A DNA stretch of 63,833 bases, counting the filler, from Craspedostauros australis (lineage: Eukaryota), in the NCBI GenBank assembly GCA_030167865.1. It is 8 parts of 8 records of this genome, joined end to end, with 100 filler letters (N's around TTAATTAATTAA, not from the genome) between each part and the next. Parts side by side here need not be neighbours in the genome. Positions count along the whole stretch, not along the records: positions 1 to 15,204 come from JALAGF010002395.1; positions 15,305 to 21,173 come from JALAGF010002398.1; positions 21,274 to 25,033 come from JALAGF010002400.1; 5 more parts are not named here. One strand, 5' to 3'. A program made the position numbers and the translations under genes. Each line of letters starts with the position of its first letter. Within the stretch, counting starts at the first letter, position 1. The notes under the pieces were generated by a model. It saw only the letters and a list, made by a program, of their open reading frames with translations, did not search any database and was not told the origin of the DNA. Shown one piece after another: positions 12,265 through 21,919 of the stretch.

Positions 12265-13698
12265 ATGCCCCGTTCTTTGACATCACCTTTGTCTTCAAGA
12301 CGATCGAAGAAGCAAGCGCCCACTCCGCCGACATCGCCGTCCCCAGTCTCGCCATCGCCATCATCCTCTGCAAAGAAGCCATTGCGAAGAATGCGACGCG
12401 AGAGATCTCCGCGATCGTTGGCATCGCCAACAGCACCAACATCACAAGCGTTGTCATCCTCATCGCCATCGCCATCACGGTCATCGTCGCGATCCGGATT
12501 CGCCTCACGATTCCGCGGAGCCATCTCGTCGACGTCGCCACGACGTTCCAACTCAAGTCCTTTCCCAAGAACTCCATCGCGAAGGCAAGCCTCGGCCAAG
12601 AAGTACGTGTCGGACGATGATGCGTCCACGTCTTCCCAGTCAACCCTCAACTCAAGCCGCAGCAACAGATCGAATGTGCTTGTCGGTGCACCTTCGCGTG
12701 AGCGCACCGTGCCTCTGTCCGTGCTGGCCAAGGGACGTGCAGCATCCAAGGGCGTGGCACTGTCATCGTCGTCCTCACATTCGCTGCGAAGCGCCTCCTC
12801 CCACTCCAGTCGCAACAGCTCCTCCCACTCGATGCGCAATACCTCCAGCCATTCCATGAGACGGGCATCCACATGCTCCGAGGTGGAGCCTCCGAAGAAC
12901 ACCAAGCGCGTGCGCTTCTCCACAATCGAAGTGCGAGAATTCCCCATGACCTTGGGCATGGGCCCGGCGCTTCGTGGCGCCCCCATCGGCCTTGACTGGA
13001 AACCGCAGCATACCTACACGAAGAAGCTGGCCACCGTCGACATCCGGAGCTTCCGCAGGAGAGACACGCGGGCATCCGGCGTGCGAACTGCTGCAGCTGC
13101 CGCGGTTGCGGCCCTCGGTGACTCCATCCATGACAACGATTCCGACAGCGACAGCGATGACACTGACGACAGTGACGATAGCGCCGAGTTCGAGTACGAC
13201 TACGACGGACGCACGATATCCTATGGAAGGACATCCGCGTCGAACGTTCGGTCCACGGCTTCGTGCCGATCCTCTCCCGAGCGTCCACTGCGCCGACTGT
13301 CGCCGCAAAAGCGCACGGCCATCCTCCTGGAGATGGGTTTCACGAAGATGGAGATCCACGAGGCGACCTTGGTGTCCGGCTATTGCGTGCAGCAACGTTT
13401 GGAGACGCAGCTGTACGATAAGCTGGATAGGGTCACGCAGCGACAGCAACAGCAAAAGTTCATGGAGCAACGGCAATACCACCAGCAGCACCATCAGCAG
13501 CAACGCCACCAATACTCTCCGCACCCCAGCATGATGAGCCCACCAGGGGTCAGAACCAGCTTCTTCCCTCCCATCTTCTCGCCTCCACGCGAATCAAGAC
13601 GCATGGACATGAAGATGGCGATGAACATGAACATGCACCTGAAGATGGACATGGACATGGACTTGACGTCGTTCAGCAGCACCGCCGCTTCTTTCTAA
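12265..13698 (+). CDS. S/P/R-rich protein with an RVxF-initiated conserved domain (paralog of 5979..9299)
   Basis: 477-aa ORF containing KRVRFSTIEVREFPMTLGMGPALRGAPIGLDW and KRTAILLEMGFTKMEI...QQRLET. Confidence 0.82.
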   Translation: MPRSLTSPLSSRRSKKQAPTPPTSPSPVSPSPSSSAKKPLRRMRRERSPRSLASPTAPTSQALSSSSPSPSRSSSRSGFASRFRGAISSTSPRRSNSSPFPRTPSRRQASAKKYVSDDDASTSSQSTLNSSRSNRSNVLVGAPSRERTVPLSVLAKGRAASKGVALSSSSSHSLRSASSHSSRNSSSHSMRNTSSHSMRRASTCSEVEPPKNTKRVRFSTIEVREFPMTLGMGPALRGAPIGLDWKPQHTYTKKLATVDIRSFRRRDTRASGVRTAAAAAVAALGDSIHDNDSDSDSDDTDDSDDSAEFEYDYDGRTISYGRTSASNVRSTASCRSSPERPLRRLSPQKRTAILLEMGFTKMEIHEATLVSGYCVQQRLETQLYDKLDRVTQRQQQQKFMEQRQYHQQHHQQQRHQYSPHPSMMSPPGVRTSFFPPIFSPPRESRRMDMKMAMNMNMHLKMDMDMDLTSFSSTAASF

Positions 13699-14894
13699 AG
13701 CACGCTATAATCGCCAATAGTCCAATTGCCTATCAGTCTACGAGCACTTGAGTCCGACTCCGATCTCCCTTGTTCCTTCGAACAGCGAACGATTACTCCG
13801 TCGGGTATGGTGCGACTACAAGCACGAAGTGTTGAGTGTGGATGAATGGGCACTCATCACGATCGAACTGCTGACTCCCACATTCGCTGGACCAGCATAG
13901 CTCATACAGATACGACCTAGACAATGGCATGTGGAACATCTTGAAGGAACGTGCAACTATCTCCACACAAGCCAGCCACTGATGCATTTTCATGAGATGG
14001 AGTGACGAGTTGATGAAGTAGAGGGAGGGAGACAGTGCTCATACCTTGCGCTCTCTCTAGACTAAGGAAGCATGTAACAATGAGTACCTGGTTGTGGGTA
14101 CTTCAATGATTCCTGGTAGTGCGTGATTGCCGAATTCCCGTTTCGGCCAGTGAAGTCCACTGAGTCCAGCGCTTCACTGATTGTGCGCGACTGATTCATA
14201 CCACCAAAAACAGTCCATTTCCTTCCATTTCTGTGGACTTCTTGGTGTTCTTCCACAGTGTAACCACCCGCAATACATATGTGGATACATTTATGCTTCC
14301 AGCATTCGGGCATCGCCTCGGGAAAACATCAAAGGCTTATGATGCTGTGTTTGGCAATTATCATTGTAGGACTTGATGTACCCATGTGAATGCTGTGACG
14401 TTGCAATTAACAAAAAGGCTAAGGATCATAGCCAACAAGAGATAAAAGCAGAAACAGATGGGCCACCGAAGAATCACAAACCAAGCCGCTTCGCAGTCAC
14501 AAAGTAAGACTTGGACCATGACAAAAACCGTTCCGTTAACTCTCATCAGCGCATCACGTAGTATTGTGCGTGCAACGGCGCCCCAGTTGCGCTACTATAC
14601 TCACCTCACATTGCGTTGGTTGCGGATACAATTGAGTGGAGCCGAAAACAATTGCATGCAACAAGGCACATCGTAGCGTGATGTTCGCTCAGGAAACGGT
14701 TTGCGGAGCCACAATTCCTTCTTTGGTGACGGGTCTCTCGTTTCTCACAAACTGCATGCGATTCGGAGCTTCCATTCATCACAACAATACCTCACATAAC
14801 ATCGCATTGTACAGCTTTGCATAGAGCACTACATAGCATCACACACACAAACATACTCAGGCATACTACTGCGACTGAGCACAACAGGACAGGC

Positions 14895-15204
14895 ATGACG
14901 ACAATGATAGAACCTCTCTCAGCGTTGACAATGTTGGACACTCCCGCTGCACCACCGCAAATGACTGGAATGGACAACAGCTGCAACGACAGCACTCATG
15001 ATGCTGCGCCGCGCACATCGCTGCACAAGAGCGATCGCAGGCAGCAGCGCGGCTTCGTCTTCGAGATGGACGGTGCTTACGATTGCAAGCACTCCGCATC
15101 GCTGTCGTCCATCGAGACGTTGCCGACGATGCGGTGCTCCCTGTCCTCGGAGTCCAGCGACGCCGACTACTACTGTCCATTCGAGGACCCCAAGCAAGTG
15201 CGCT
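14895..15204 (+). CDS. 5' fragment of a hypothetical protein, truncated by an assembly spacer
   Basis: ATG at 14895 (MTTMIEPLSAL). The frame stays open, with coding-like GC3, up to the gap and ends ...PFEDPKQVR. Confidence 0.5.
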
Positions 15205-15304
15205 NNNNNNNNNNNNNNNNNNNNNNNNNNNNNNNNNNNNNNNNNNNNTTAATTAATTAANNNNNNNNNNNNNNNNNNNNNNNNNNNNNNNNNNNNNNNN
15301 NNNN
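15205..15304. other. Artificial contig spacer N44-TTAATTAATTAA-N44 (also at 21174-21273, 25034-25133, 29115-29214, 40907-41006, 51106-51205, 62603-62702)
   Basis: Identical 100-nt structure with a six-frame stop linker, seen seven times. Confidence 0.97.
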
Positions 15305-15428
15305 TGACTGTGCGGAGCGGTCATTTGCTCAACGTGGATCCTACGCGTGGTTTGTGCGGTATCGTCTGTCCATCGACACTCATTGTTCAGATTCGGCCAG
15401 ATTCGTGAATTGGCACTAAATCTGCACA
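15305..15428 (-). repeat. Partial 3' LTR of the Copia element
   Basis: Begins TGTGCAGATTTAGTGCC directly after the PPT and runs into the gap. No matching 5' LTR copy is visible in the assembled sequence. Confidence 0.65.
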
Positions 15429-15437
15429 CTCCCTCTT
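15429..15437 (-). promoter_or_regulatory. Polypurine tract of the Copia element
   Basis: Minus strand reads AAGAGGGAG immediately followed by TG (15428-15427), about 25 nt after the RNase H stop. Confidence 0.8.
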
Positions 15438-15461
15438 GTCGGTGGCACGGGCGGACCGCGC

Positions 15462-18400
15462 TTACCATCCCAACAATCGCAATCGCAGAGATTCGAATAG
15501 TGGGCGTGCCAAGGGCTTGGTGAATATGTCAGCCATCTGGTCCAACGTGTCGACCTTTTCGATGGTGATGAGCCCTTTNNNNNNNNNNNNNNNNNNNNNN
15601 NNNNNNNNNNNNNNNNNNNNNTTGGTACGAGGACGCATTCTGGGTGCGTTGGCGAGTTCGAGGGCACCGGAGTTGTCCTCAAATGCTGTGCAGTGAACTG
15701 TTGGTGGCGAAGTGTCGAATGACGATATGTGCTGCTTCATTTTGTTGATGAGGTGTATCATGGGTATAACCTCTCGTAGAGCTTGGCTGAGAGCTACATA
15801 CTCGGCTTCTGTGGTGCTGAGCGTAACTTCTGTTTGCAGTTTGGAGTTCCATATGATGGGGAATCCTGCGTACAGGATGACGTATCCAGTGCAACTTTTT
15901 GCCGTGTTGGGGTCGTTGTTGGCTTGTGAGAAGCCTCCTGCGAAGTCTGCATCAGCATAGCAGTGAATGGAGTCGTTGGTCGGTGAGATGCGGAGTCCCT
16001 TATCCCGTGTGTGAGCGAGGTATCGTACAACCCGTTCGATGGCATCTTCGTGTGACTTCATCGGATGAGCCATGAAGCGTGCGCATTGATGGACTGCGAA
16101 GCAGATGTCAGGTCTCGTCGATCGTGTGAGGAAGTTGAGCATCCCCACAACCGATCGATAATCGAATCGTCAAGTGGCAGCGGGGCCACCCGTGTCTTTG
16201 TGTAAGAGCGGTTTGACGGCTGGCGTCGAATAGGTTCGTCCTGGTGCATTAGGATCGATCTTGGCTGCTGGTATGATTCGGTCTATGAGTTGCGGTTGTG
16301 TGAGAGTGATGGTGTCCTCAGTGCGTTGGATGTGAACACCCAGGTACTCACTCATGTTGCCTTCATCGGTTAGTGTAAACCGTGCCTTGAGGCGCTCGAT
16401 GATGTCATCAATCTTGTGCTTGTGTGGGCCAATGATGATGGCGTCGTCGACGTACAGCAGAATGGATGTGTCGCCTTTGTAGAGAAGGCATTCATCGACT
16501 TGGCTTTGTCGGAATCCATGCTGCATCAGGCCGTCAACCACGTGTCAGTGCCATACCAAAGCTGCTTGCTTGGTGCCGTACAGATTCTTCTTGAGCTTGA
16601 GAACGTGAGACCTGCTGTCTCCATCCACGTTGCACCCCTGAGGTACTTGCATGAAGATGTCGCATTCCACATCCGCTTGCGGGAACGCCAGAACGAAAAC
16701 GATTTGGCAGGTGTGCCAACGCTGTTGGACGGCCATAGTGAGGAATGTCCGAATGGTGGACCATTGCACGACTGGAGCAAATGGTTCCCAGTAGTTGACA
16801 CCATATTGTTGCTCTCCTCCATGCACACATAGCCGTGCTTTCCATTTGTAGATTTCGCCGGTTGCGAGTCTGCGTTTGCGTTTGAATGACCAGACGGCTT
16901 TCAGGATCTTGTGCCCTTTTGGCACTTGATTGCGTTGCACAACCTCCCAATGTTGTCTGGATTGGTGGTCTTCGATCTCTTTATGCATTGCCTCGATGAA
17001 TTTGTCACGGTCGTTCTGCTTCTGCATTTGCCCCCAGTACATGGTGTCATCGTCTGCGAGCGTTGCTGCGAATGACATGGGGTGCAGATCACCGGAGTTC
17101 ATGTTGAGGATGTTGGATGCATGGAAGAATCGAGCTGTGTGCGTGTGGTATGATTGGAGTTGGAGTGTAAGCTGGTTGGTGTCTGCACGTTCTGTTGCGG
17201 ATGGAGCGGATTGTGATGCGTTCTGCGTGGCGATGGCGTGTGTAGGCGTAGCTCCCTCGGAAGGTGAGCTTGCTGGTTGTCTTGGAAGACGTTGCCTTGG
17301 AAGGCTGCACCTTGGAAGGTTGTGCCTCGGAAGGCTTTGCAACTTGTGCTGCATGTCAAGCTGGAATGGCTTGGCGTCAGGTGCAGCATGTGTGGTCCCT
17401 GGAGGACGTGTGCTTGCGGAAAGCTGGTGCTGAACAGCACGTGTGATGTGTTCGGAGCGCATCTGCTGCGAGAGCTTGGCTGGTTTGTCAATGTGCGTGA
17501 GACGCTGCCACTGTGATGCGCCAGGACGCATTAGCGGGTTGGTCTTGACTGTTTGGAACCTGTCGTCGAAGTTCAGATGGAACTGTGGCAAAATGTACCC
17601 TGTGTCAATCTTGAGAACGATAGGCACGCTGCTTGCATGTTCAGCTGACATGCCAAGGAAGATGGCGATGTTGGCGCGGCTGCTCCACTTGGGAACCTGA
17701 GATCCCTGTTGGAGTGCGGCCTTGAGGATGTATACAGGGCATCCAAATGTGTGAAAGTGTTGCATTGAGGGTCGGACCTCGATCTGCGCGAATCGCTCGA
17801 GTGGCGATAAACCTCCCTCTCGAGCAGCGTTCCTTTGGATCTCGGAGGCGTAGCGCAGAGCATACAGCCACAGAGACGGATGAATGGCATCATGTCAATG
17901 GTGCTGTGCATGCAGGAGCATCGAGCGAGCGGACTCTTGGAGGTCGCGGATGTGTCGCTCGGCGACGCCATTCGGATGATGAGCGTTGACTCCACAGAAT
18001 GTGATGGTTTGATTGGCTGATGCGACAGCTGTGCGGAACAGCTGCTCAGCGAATCTGCCGTTGTCGGCGTGGTAGTGGTGTATGCGGACACCAAATGAGT
18101 GAGCATAGCGCTCGAATGCCTGCTTGGCTTGCAGTGTGTCGGCACCAGACTGGGTGAGCTGCAAGTGAACGTAGTCAATACCGGAGTACTGATCAACGAA
18201 CACTGTCGCGCATGTGTATCGCGACCAGGTGTGCGTGCCCTTTTGCTGCGGAAGCACCCCAGGCTGGCGAGAGACGATCTGATCGACGGACACTATGTGC
18301 CCTGGGAATCGCGCTCGCTTGACGACGCGTGTGATGCGATTTGGCTTGCGCCGGTGGACGGCTTTGCCATAGATGCACCCAGAGCAGAGAGGGAACTCGG

Positions 18401-19190
18401 CCTTGGCCAAGTGCCATGGTATGATCCCGTGTGATGCCATGTTGCGCAAGACACGGAAGGGAAGGTGCCCCAAGCGATGATGCCACCGAAGTAGCTGTCC
18501 CTGTGCATCGGATGCACCAACAGGATGTGTTGCCGACTGATCGCGGACCAGTGCGTTGTTGTCTTGGAGAGGATCGGGCCTCAACTCGGCGAGCTTGGGG
18601 TCTTCATGAACCTCCATCATGTCGTCGGGGACGTTGGTGATGTTGAGAAGTTCAGAGTCGCTTGGAGGACTGGAGGTAGCGAGGAATGCTGGCGCATATC
18701 GCTTGGTGCGGATGACGGACATCAGAGGCAGGTTGGTGCCAGGATGATGGTAGACAGTGACCTTGTGACGCGAGGAGCGCAGGACTGTGTGGTTGCTGTA
18801 GGTTGTGCAAGTACGCAGGTGCCTGCCGTGATGATCGCGGGGACCTTGGTCTGACCATTGCTGTGGACAGAACAGTCGAATACGAAGCCGTGGCGCGTAG
18901 TAAGCGTTGGCTATCTTTATCCGCAGTGGCTGGCCGCCATCATCGAATATTGTCCAGGATAGTGTGCCCTTGGATTGAATGGGGATGGACCCTCCAACTC
19001 CTTGTATGGCCATGCCGTGGACTGGCTGAAGATCGTTACTGAAGTCGCCACGTTGTCCAGAGACTGTGGCCGACGTGCAGGTGTCGATTCCGATTGGCAC
19101 ATCACCCATCTGATGCAATGTTGTCTGCATCGCGGAGATGCCTTGCAGTGCTGTGACTGATAGCATTGACTGGATGGGCGTGCCTTCATG
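15462..19190 (-). pseudogene. pol: Copia pol (PR-INT-RT-RNaseH) interrupted by in-frame TGA stops
   Basis: Protease IGIDTCTS. Integrase HHRLGH...CSGC, VSVDQ, HADNGRF, NGVAERHIR. RT YKWKARLC, LKKNLYGTKQA, YVDD. RNase H YADADFAG, STTEAEYVALS, FEDNSGA, QMADIFTKPL. Stops at 17895-17897, 16545-16547 and 16170-16172. RT motif reads QIVFVLAF where an Asp is expected. Confidence 0.92.
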
Positions 19191-20633
19191 TCAGTTCTCA
19201 CTGACGTTTCCATCGCTGGGAGTGGAATGCTGGCTACTGTTGTTGTGGCCATTGCTGTCGTCGAAGCGAACGTGAGGAGCTGACTTGGCATGGACCTTGA
19301 CGGATTTGGACGAGGACGATTTCTTGTCGTACTGGCGCTTCTTCCCAGAGGAGTCAGCGTTCTTGCCGGATCGGGCGCGACAGTCGGATGTCTTGTGCTT
19401 GCCCCATGCCTTGTGGTTGTCACACCAGTGGAAGGTTGTTCCTTGGTGGACAAAGTGCTTGGGATTGTTGCCCTTTGGCGGATCGCGATTGGCAAGAGGG
19501 TGGTTGCTGCGCTTGTGGCAAGCTGTCCCTTTGTTGTCTTTCTTGTTGTTTGCTTGCTTGCCGGATGCTTTGGTGAGCGAGGCTTTGAGCTGCTTCGTCT
19601 CGGCTCGGAGGGCGAGGAGCTGCTTGTCGCGGGAAAGGCGGTTCCATGTGCCGGCGTTGACCAAGCTCTGGTACTTGGTTTCGGCGGTGTTCATGAGACT
19701 GACGTAGTCTGGAGTACCGGAGTCGCTGCAACGCTGGATGCGGTTGACGAACTCCTCATTGTCTGCTGTGTTGTATGCAGTGATGAGTGCAAAGGTCACT
19801 TCGCTGCCGACTGCTTTGCCTTTGGACTGTAGAGTGAAGACTTGATTGCGAACGTGGTCGTTCAGCTTCTTGATGTCGTTGTCGAAGTCTTTGAGCTTCA
19901 ACCGATGTAGATTCATGCGGATGCTCGTGCTGAGGTCATCCGTGTCGATGCTGACATGAGAGAGGACGACGCGTAGGAGCGTTGGTCCATCCATGAGTCC
20001 GTTGATCTCGTATGTGCTGCGCTGTGGCAGGATGCGATTGACGAGGTTGGGGCTCAGCAAGTTGAGGATGGCGACACCTATGAGGTGCGCAGATTGCTTC
20101 TCAACGCTGTCATTGATGTGACGCAATGTGGCACTGGTGCGCACATGGTCGATGGTGGTGAGTGGATAGTTGTCAAGGATGTTGTACATGCCTGTTGTTG
20201 TGGCGACTTGGAAGATGTCAATGCATTGCATCATCATCGCGCGAGTGCGAATGTTGGCAAGGAAGACGTTGATGTTCTCTGGAGCACCTTCGAACTTGTC
20301 GTCGCTGAGCTTTTCTTGTGCTGTCTTGATGAGAGCAGCGCCTGTCTTGGTCGTTGGGTCGATGAGAGATCCATATGGTGTTACAGCGAACTGTGCTGGT
20401 TGCTGGTTGGCTGGCGGATTCGGATTGGCTTGGACGACTGGCTGTGCTGCTGCTGCTTGGACTTGTGTTGCCACTTGCTGCTGGATGATTTGGACGAGCT
20501 GTGCCATGTTCAGAGCGATGGGCTGTCCCCCTGCTTGTGGCTGTTGCTGTGCTGCCTGTGGTTGTGCGGCTGCTTGTCCTGCAGGTGCGGTTGCGGCTGT
20601 GGCGTCGTCGGGTTGGTTGCCTTGATCCGCCAT
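19191..20633 (-). CDS. gag: Copia gag-like protein
   Basis: ATG at 20633 (MADQGNQ). Q/A-rich N-terminus, DGPTLLR motif, variant zinc knuckle WCDNHKAWGKHKTSDC and a basic tail. Lies directly upstream of, and in frame with, the protease. Confidence 0.85.
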   Translation of the reverse strand: MADQGNQPDDATAATAPAGQAAAQPQAAQQQPQAGGQPIALNMAQLVQIIQQQVATQVQAAAAQPVVQANPNPPANQQPAQFAVTPYGSLIDPTTKTGAALIKTAQEKLSDDKFEGAPENINVFLANIRTRAMMMQCIDIFQVATTTGMYNILDNYPLTTIDHVRTSATLRHINDSVEKQSAHLIGVAILNLLSPNLVNRILPQRSTYEINGLMDGPTLLRVVLSHVSIDTDDLSTSIRMNLHRLKLKDFDNDIKKLNDHVRNQVFTLQSKGKAVGSEVTFALITAYNTADNEEFVNRIQRCSDSGTPDYVSLMNTAETKYQSLVNAGTWNRLSRDKQLLALRAETKQLKASLTKASGKQANNKKDNKGTACHKRSNHPLANRDPPKGNNPKHFVHQGTTFHWCDNHKAWGKHKTSDCRARSGKNADSSGKKRQYDKKSSSSKSVKVHAKSAPHVRFDDSNGHNNSSQHSTPSDGNVSEN

Positions 20634-20801
20634 GGTCGCTCTTCGAGTTTCGTTGTTGTTGTCGTTGGTTTTGGTGCGTGCGACCAAACAAAACGATCAG
20701 AGTATTAGAACTAACTCAGAATCCACAGTAGATGATGTTGGTTTGTTGTAACTACGATGTTGGTCTTATTTGAAGTCGACATATCCGTGAGGAGAATAAA
20801 A

Positions 20802-20917
20802 GGACTCGTGAGTCCGTTTAGCGCTAAGTGGACTCACGGATCCACTTGGCATTTTTGTTGCTTCGTAAGTGGACTCACCGATCCAGTTACGTAAGTGGAC
20901 TCACCAATCCACTTACG
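20802..20917. repeat. Array of short inverted repeats in the retrotransposon 5' leader
   Basis: GGACTC-GT-GAGTCC followed by three copies of (CG)TAAGTGGA-ctcacNNa-TCCA(C/G)TT(ACG). Confidence 0.8.
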
Positions 20918-21274
20918 AGCACAAAATGACTCGTCNNNNNNNNNNCTCTCTGAGATTGGAATAGTTCGACTCGCCCAACATCCATCTTTTCACCGATTCC
21001 TCGTGATGTTTTACACACTGCGTGTTTTGTCGTGTTATTCTTCCAACCCAACAACACATGGTGCATTTCCCTCTCGTATTAATATAATAATACGACCTGC
21101 GCCAAACCGTAAACTGGGTCACGATAACGCTAGTTGTAGAGTTTTGGCCCCTTGTTGCCACTGGTTTGCTTGCNNNNNNNNNNNNNNNNNNNNNNNNNNN
21201 NNNNNNNNNNNNNNNNNTTAATTAATTAANNNNNNNNNNNNNNNNNNNNNNNNNNNNNNNNNNNNNNNNNNNNC

Positions 21275-21919
21275 ACACCCAACAGATCCTGCGGTGGCCC
21301 TGGTGTCGGCGACGGAGGCAAGAAGGGCAGGAAGTACCAGAACTGCCAAAAGCTCGGTAGAGTCCTCATCATCCAGGAGGGCAAGAAGACCTGCCCAGAC
21401 GACGTTGGCTACCCAGGAGGAACCATCTCTTTCGAATTCGACACCGCCAGGCTCGGCGGAGTCGAGGTCACACTGGGCAAGTTCATCGACATCGATGACG
21501 GACGCACGAACCCGATCGTCGATTTCACAGAGGTCGGCAGGTCAAGCCCAACTCCCGGGCTCCGAAAGTACACCCAGCTCACAGGAGGCAACGGAGTTTT
21601 CGACCTCAGGGTCTCCGTCAAGAACGTCAGACGCATGCAGATCAGCTACAGAGGATCCGGCTGCATCGCCGAGGTGCGCTTCCGCCCATGCAAGTGCCCA
21701 CGACGTATGCTGCGTGTTGAGGAAGGCGAATCGTTCAACCTTGGCAACCACACCAGCACCGAAGAGTATGACGACTTCCAGGACGACTACGAATCGGAAT
21801 TCATCCAGTTCGGCGGCGCAGCGCAGGGCCACCAGCACGAAGAGACTGAGCCAGCCATTGACACCGACCACGTCGTCTACCCCGAAGAGGCTGAGGACAT
21901 GTTCCCCATGGATGCATAA
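21275..21919 (+). CDS. 3' part of a probable secreted/extracellular diatom protein (Cys/Gly domain, RXL site, acidic tail); 5' end lost in the gap
   Basis: Frame open from the gap edge: TPNRSCGGPGVGDGGKKGRKYQNCQKLGRVLIIQEGKKTCPDDVGYPGGTISFEFD...MQISYRGSGCIAEVRFRPCKCPRRMLRVEEG...; strong coding codon bias. Confidence 0.75.
   Translation, partial: TPNRSCGGPGVGDGGKKGRKYQNCQKLGRVLIIQEGKKTCPDDVGYPGGTISFEFDTARLGGVEVTLGKFIDIDDGRTNPIVDFTEVGRSSPTPGLRKYTQLTGGNGVFDLRVSVKNVRRMQISYRGSGCIAEVRFRPCKCPRRMLRVEEGESFNLGNHTSTEEYDDFQDDYESEFIQFGGAAQGHQHEETEPAIDTDHVVYPEEAEDMFPMDA

Larger units (their letters stand above)
15305..21173 (-). mobile_element. Ty1/Copia (CoDi-like) LTR retrotransposon, near full length and degenerate; both ends cut by contig gaps
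   Basis: Minus-strand domain order is gag, protease, integrase, RT, RNase H (Copia order), followed by a polypurine tract and a TG-initiated 3' LTR fragment. Confidence 0.95.

Noticed and set aside
5772..13524. Long antisense ORFs (e.g. 5772..6641, 8101..8778, 11958..12986, 12775..13524)
   Set aside because: They are shadows on the opposite strand of low-complexity, GC3-rich genes.
21114..21136. Possible primer-binding site (minus strand GCGTTATCGTGACCCAG) for the Copia element
   Set aside because: Only loosely similar to half-tRNA-Met PBS sequences, and the 5' LTR boundary cannot be confirmed because of the gap.
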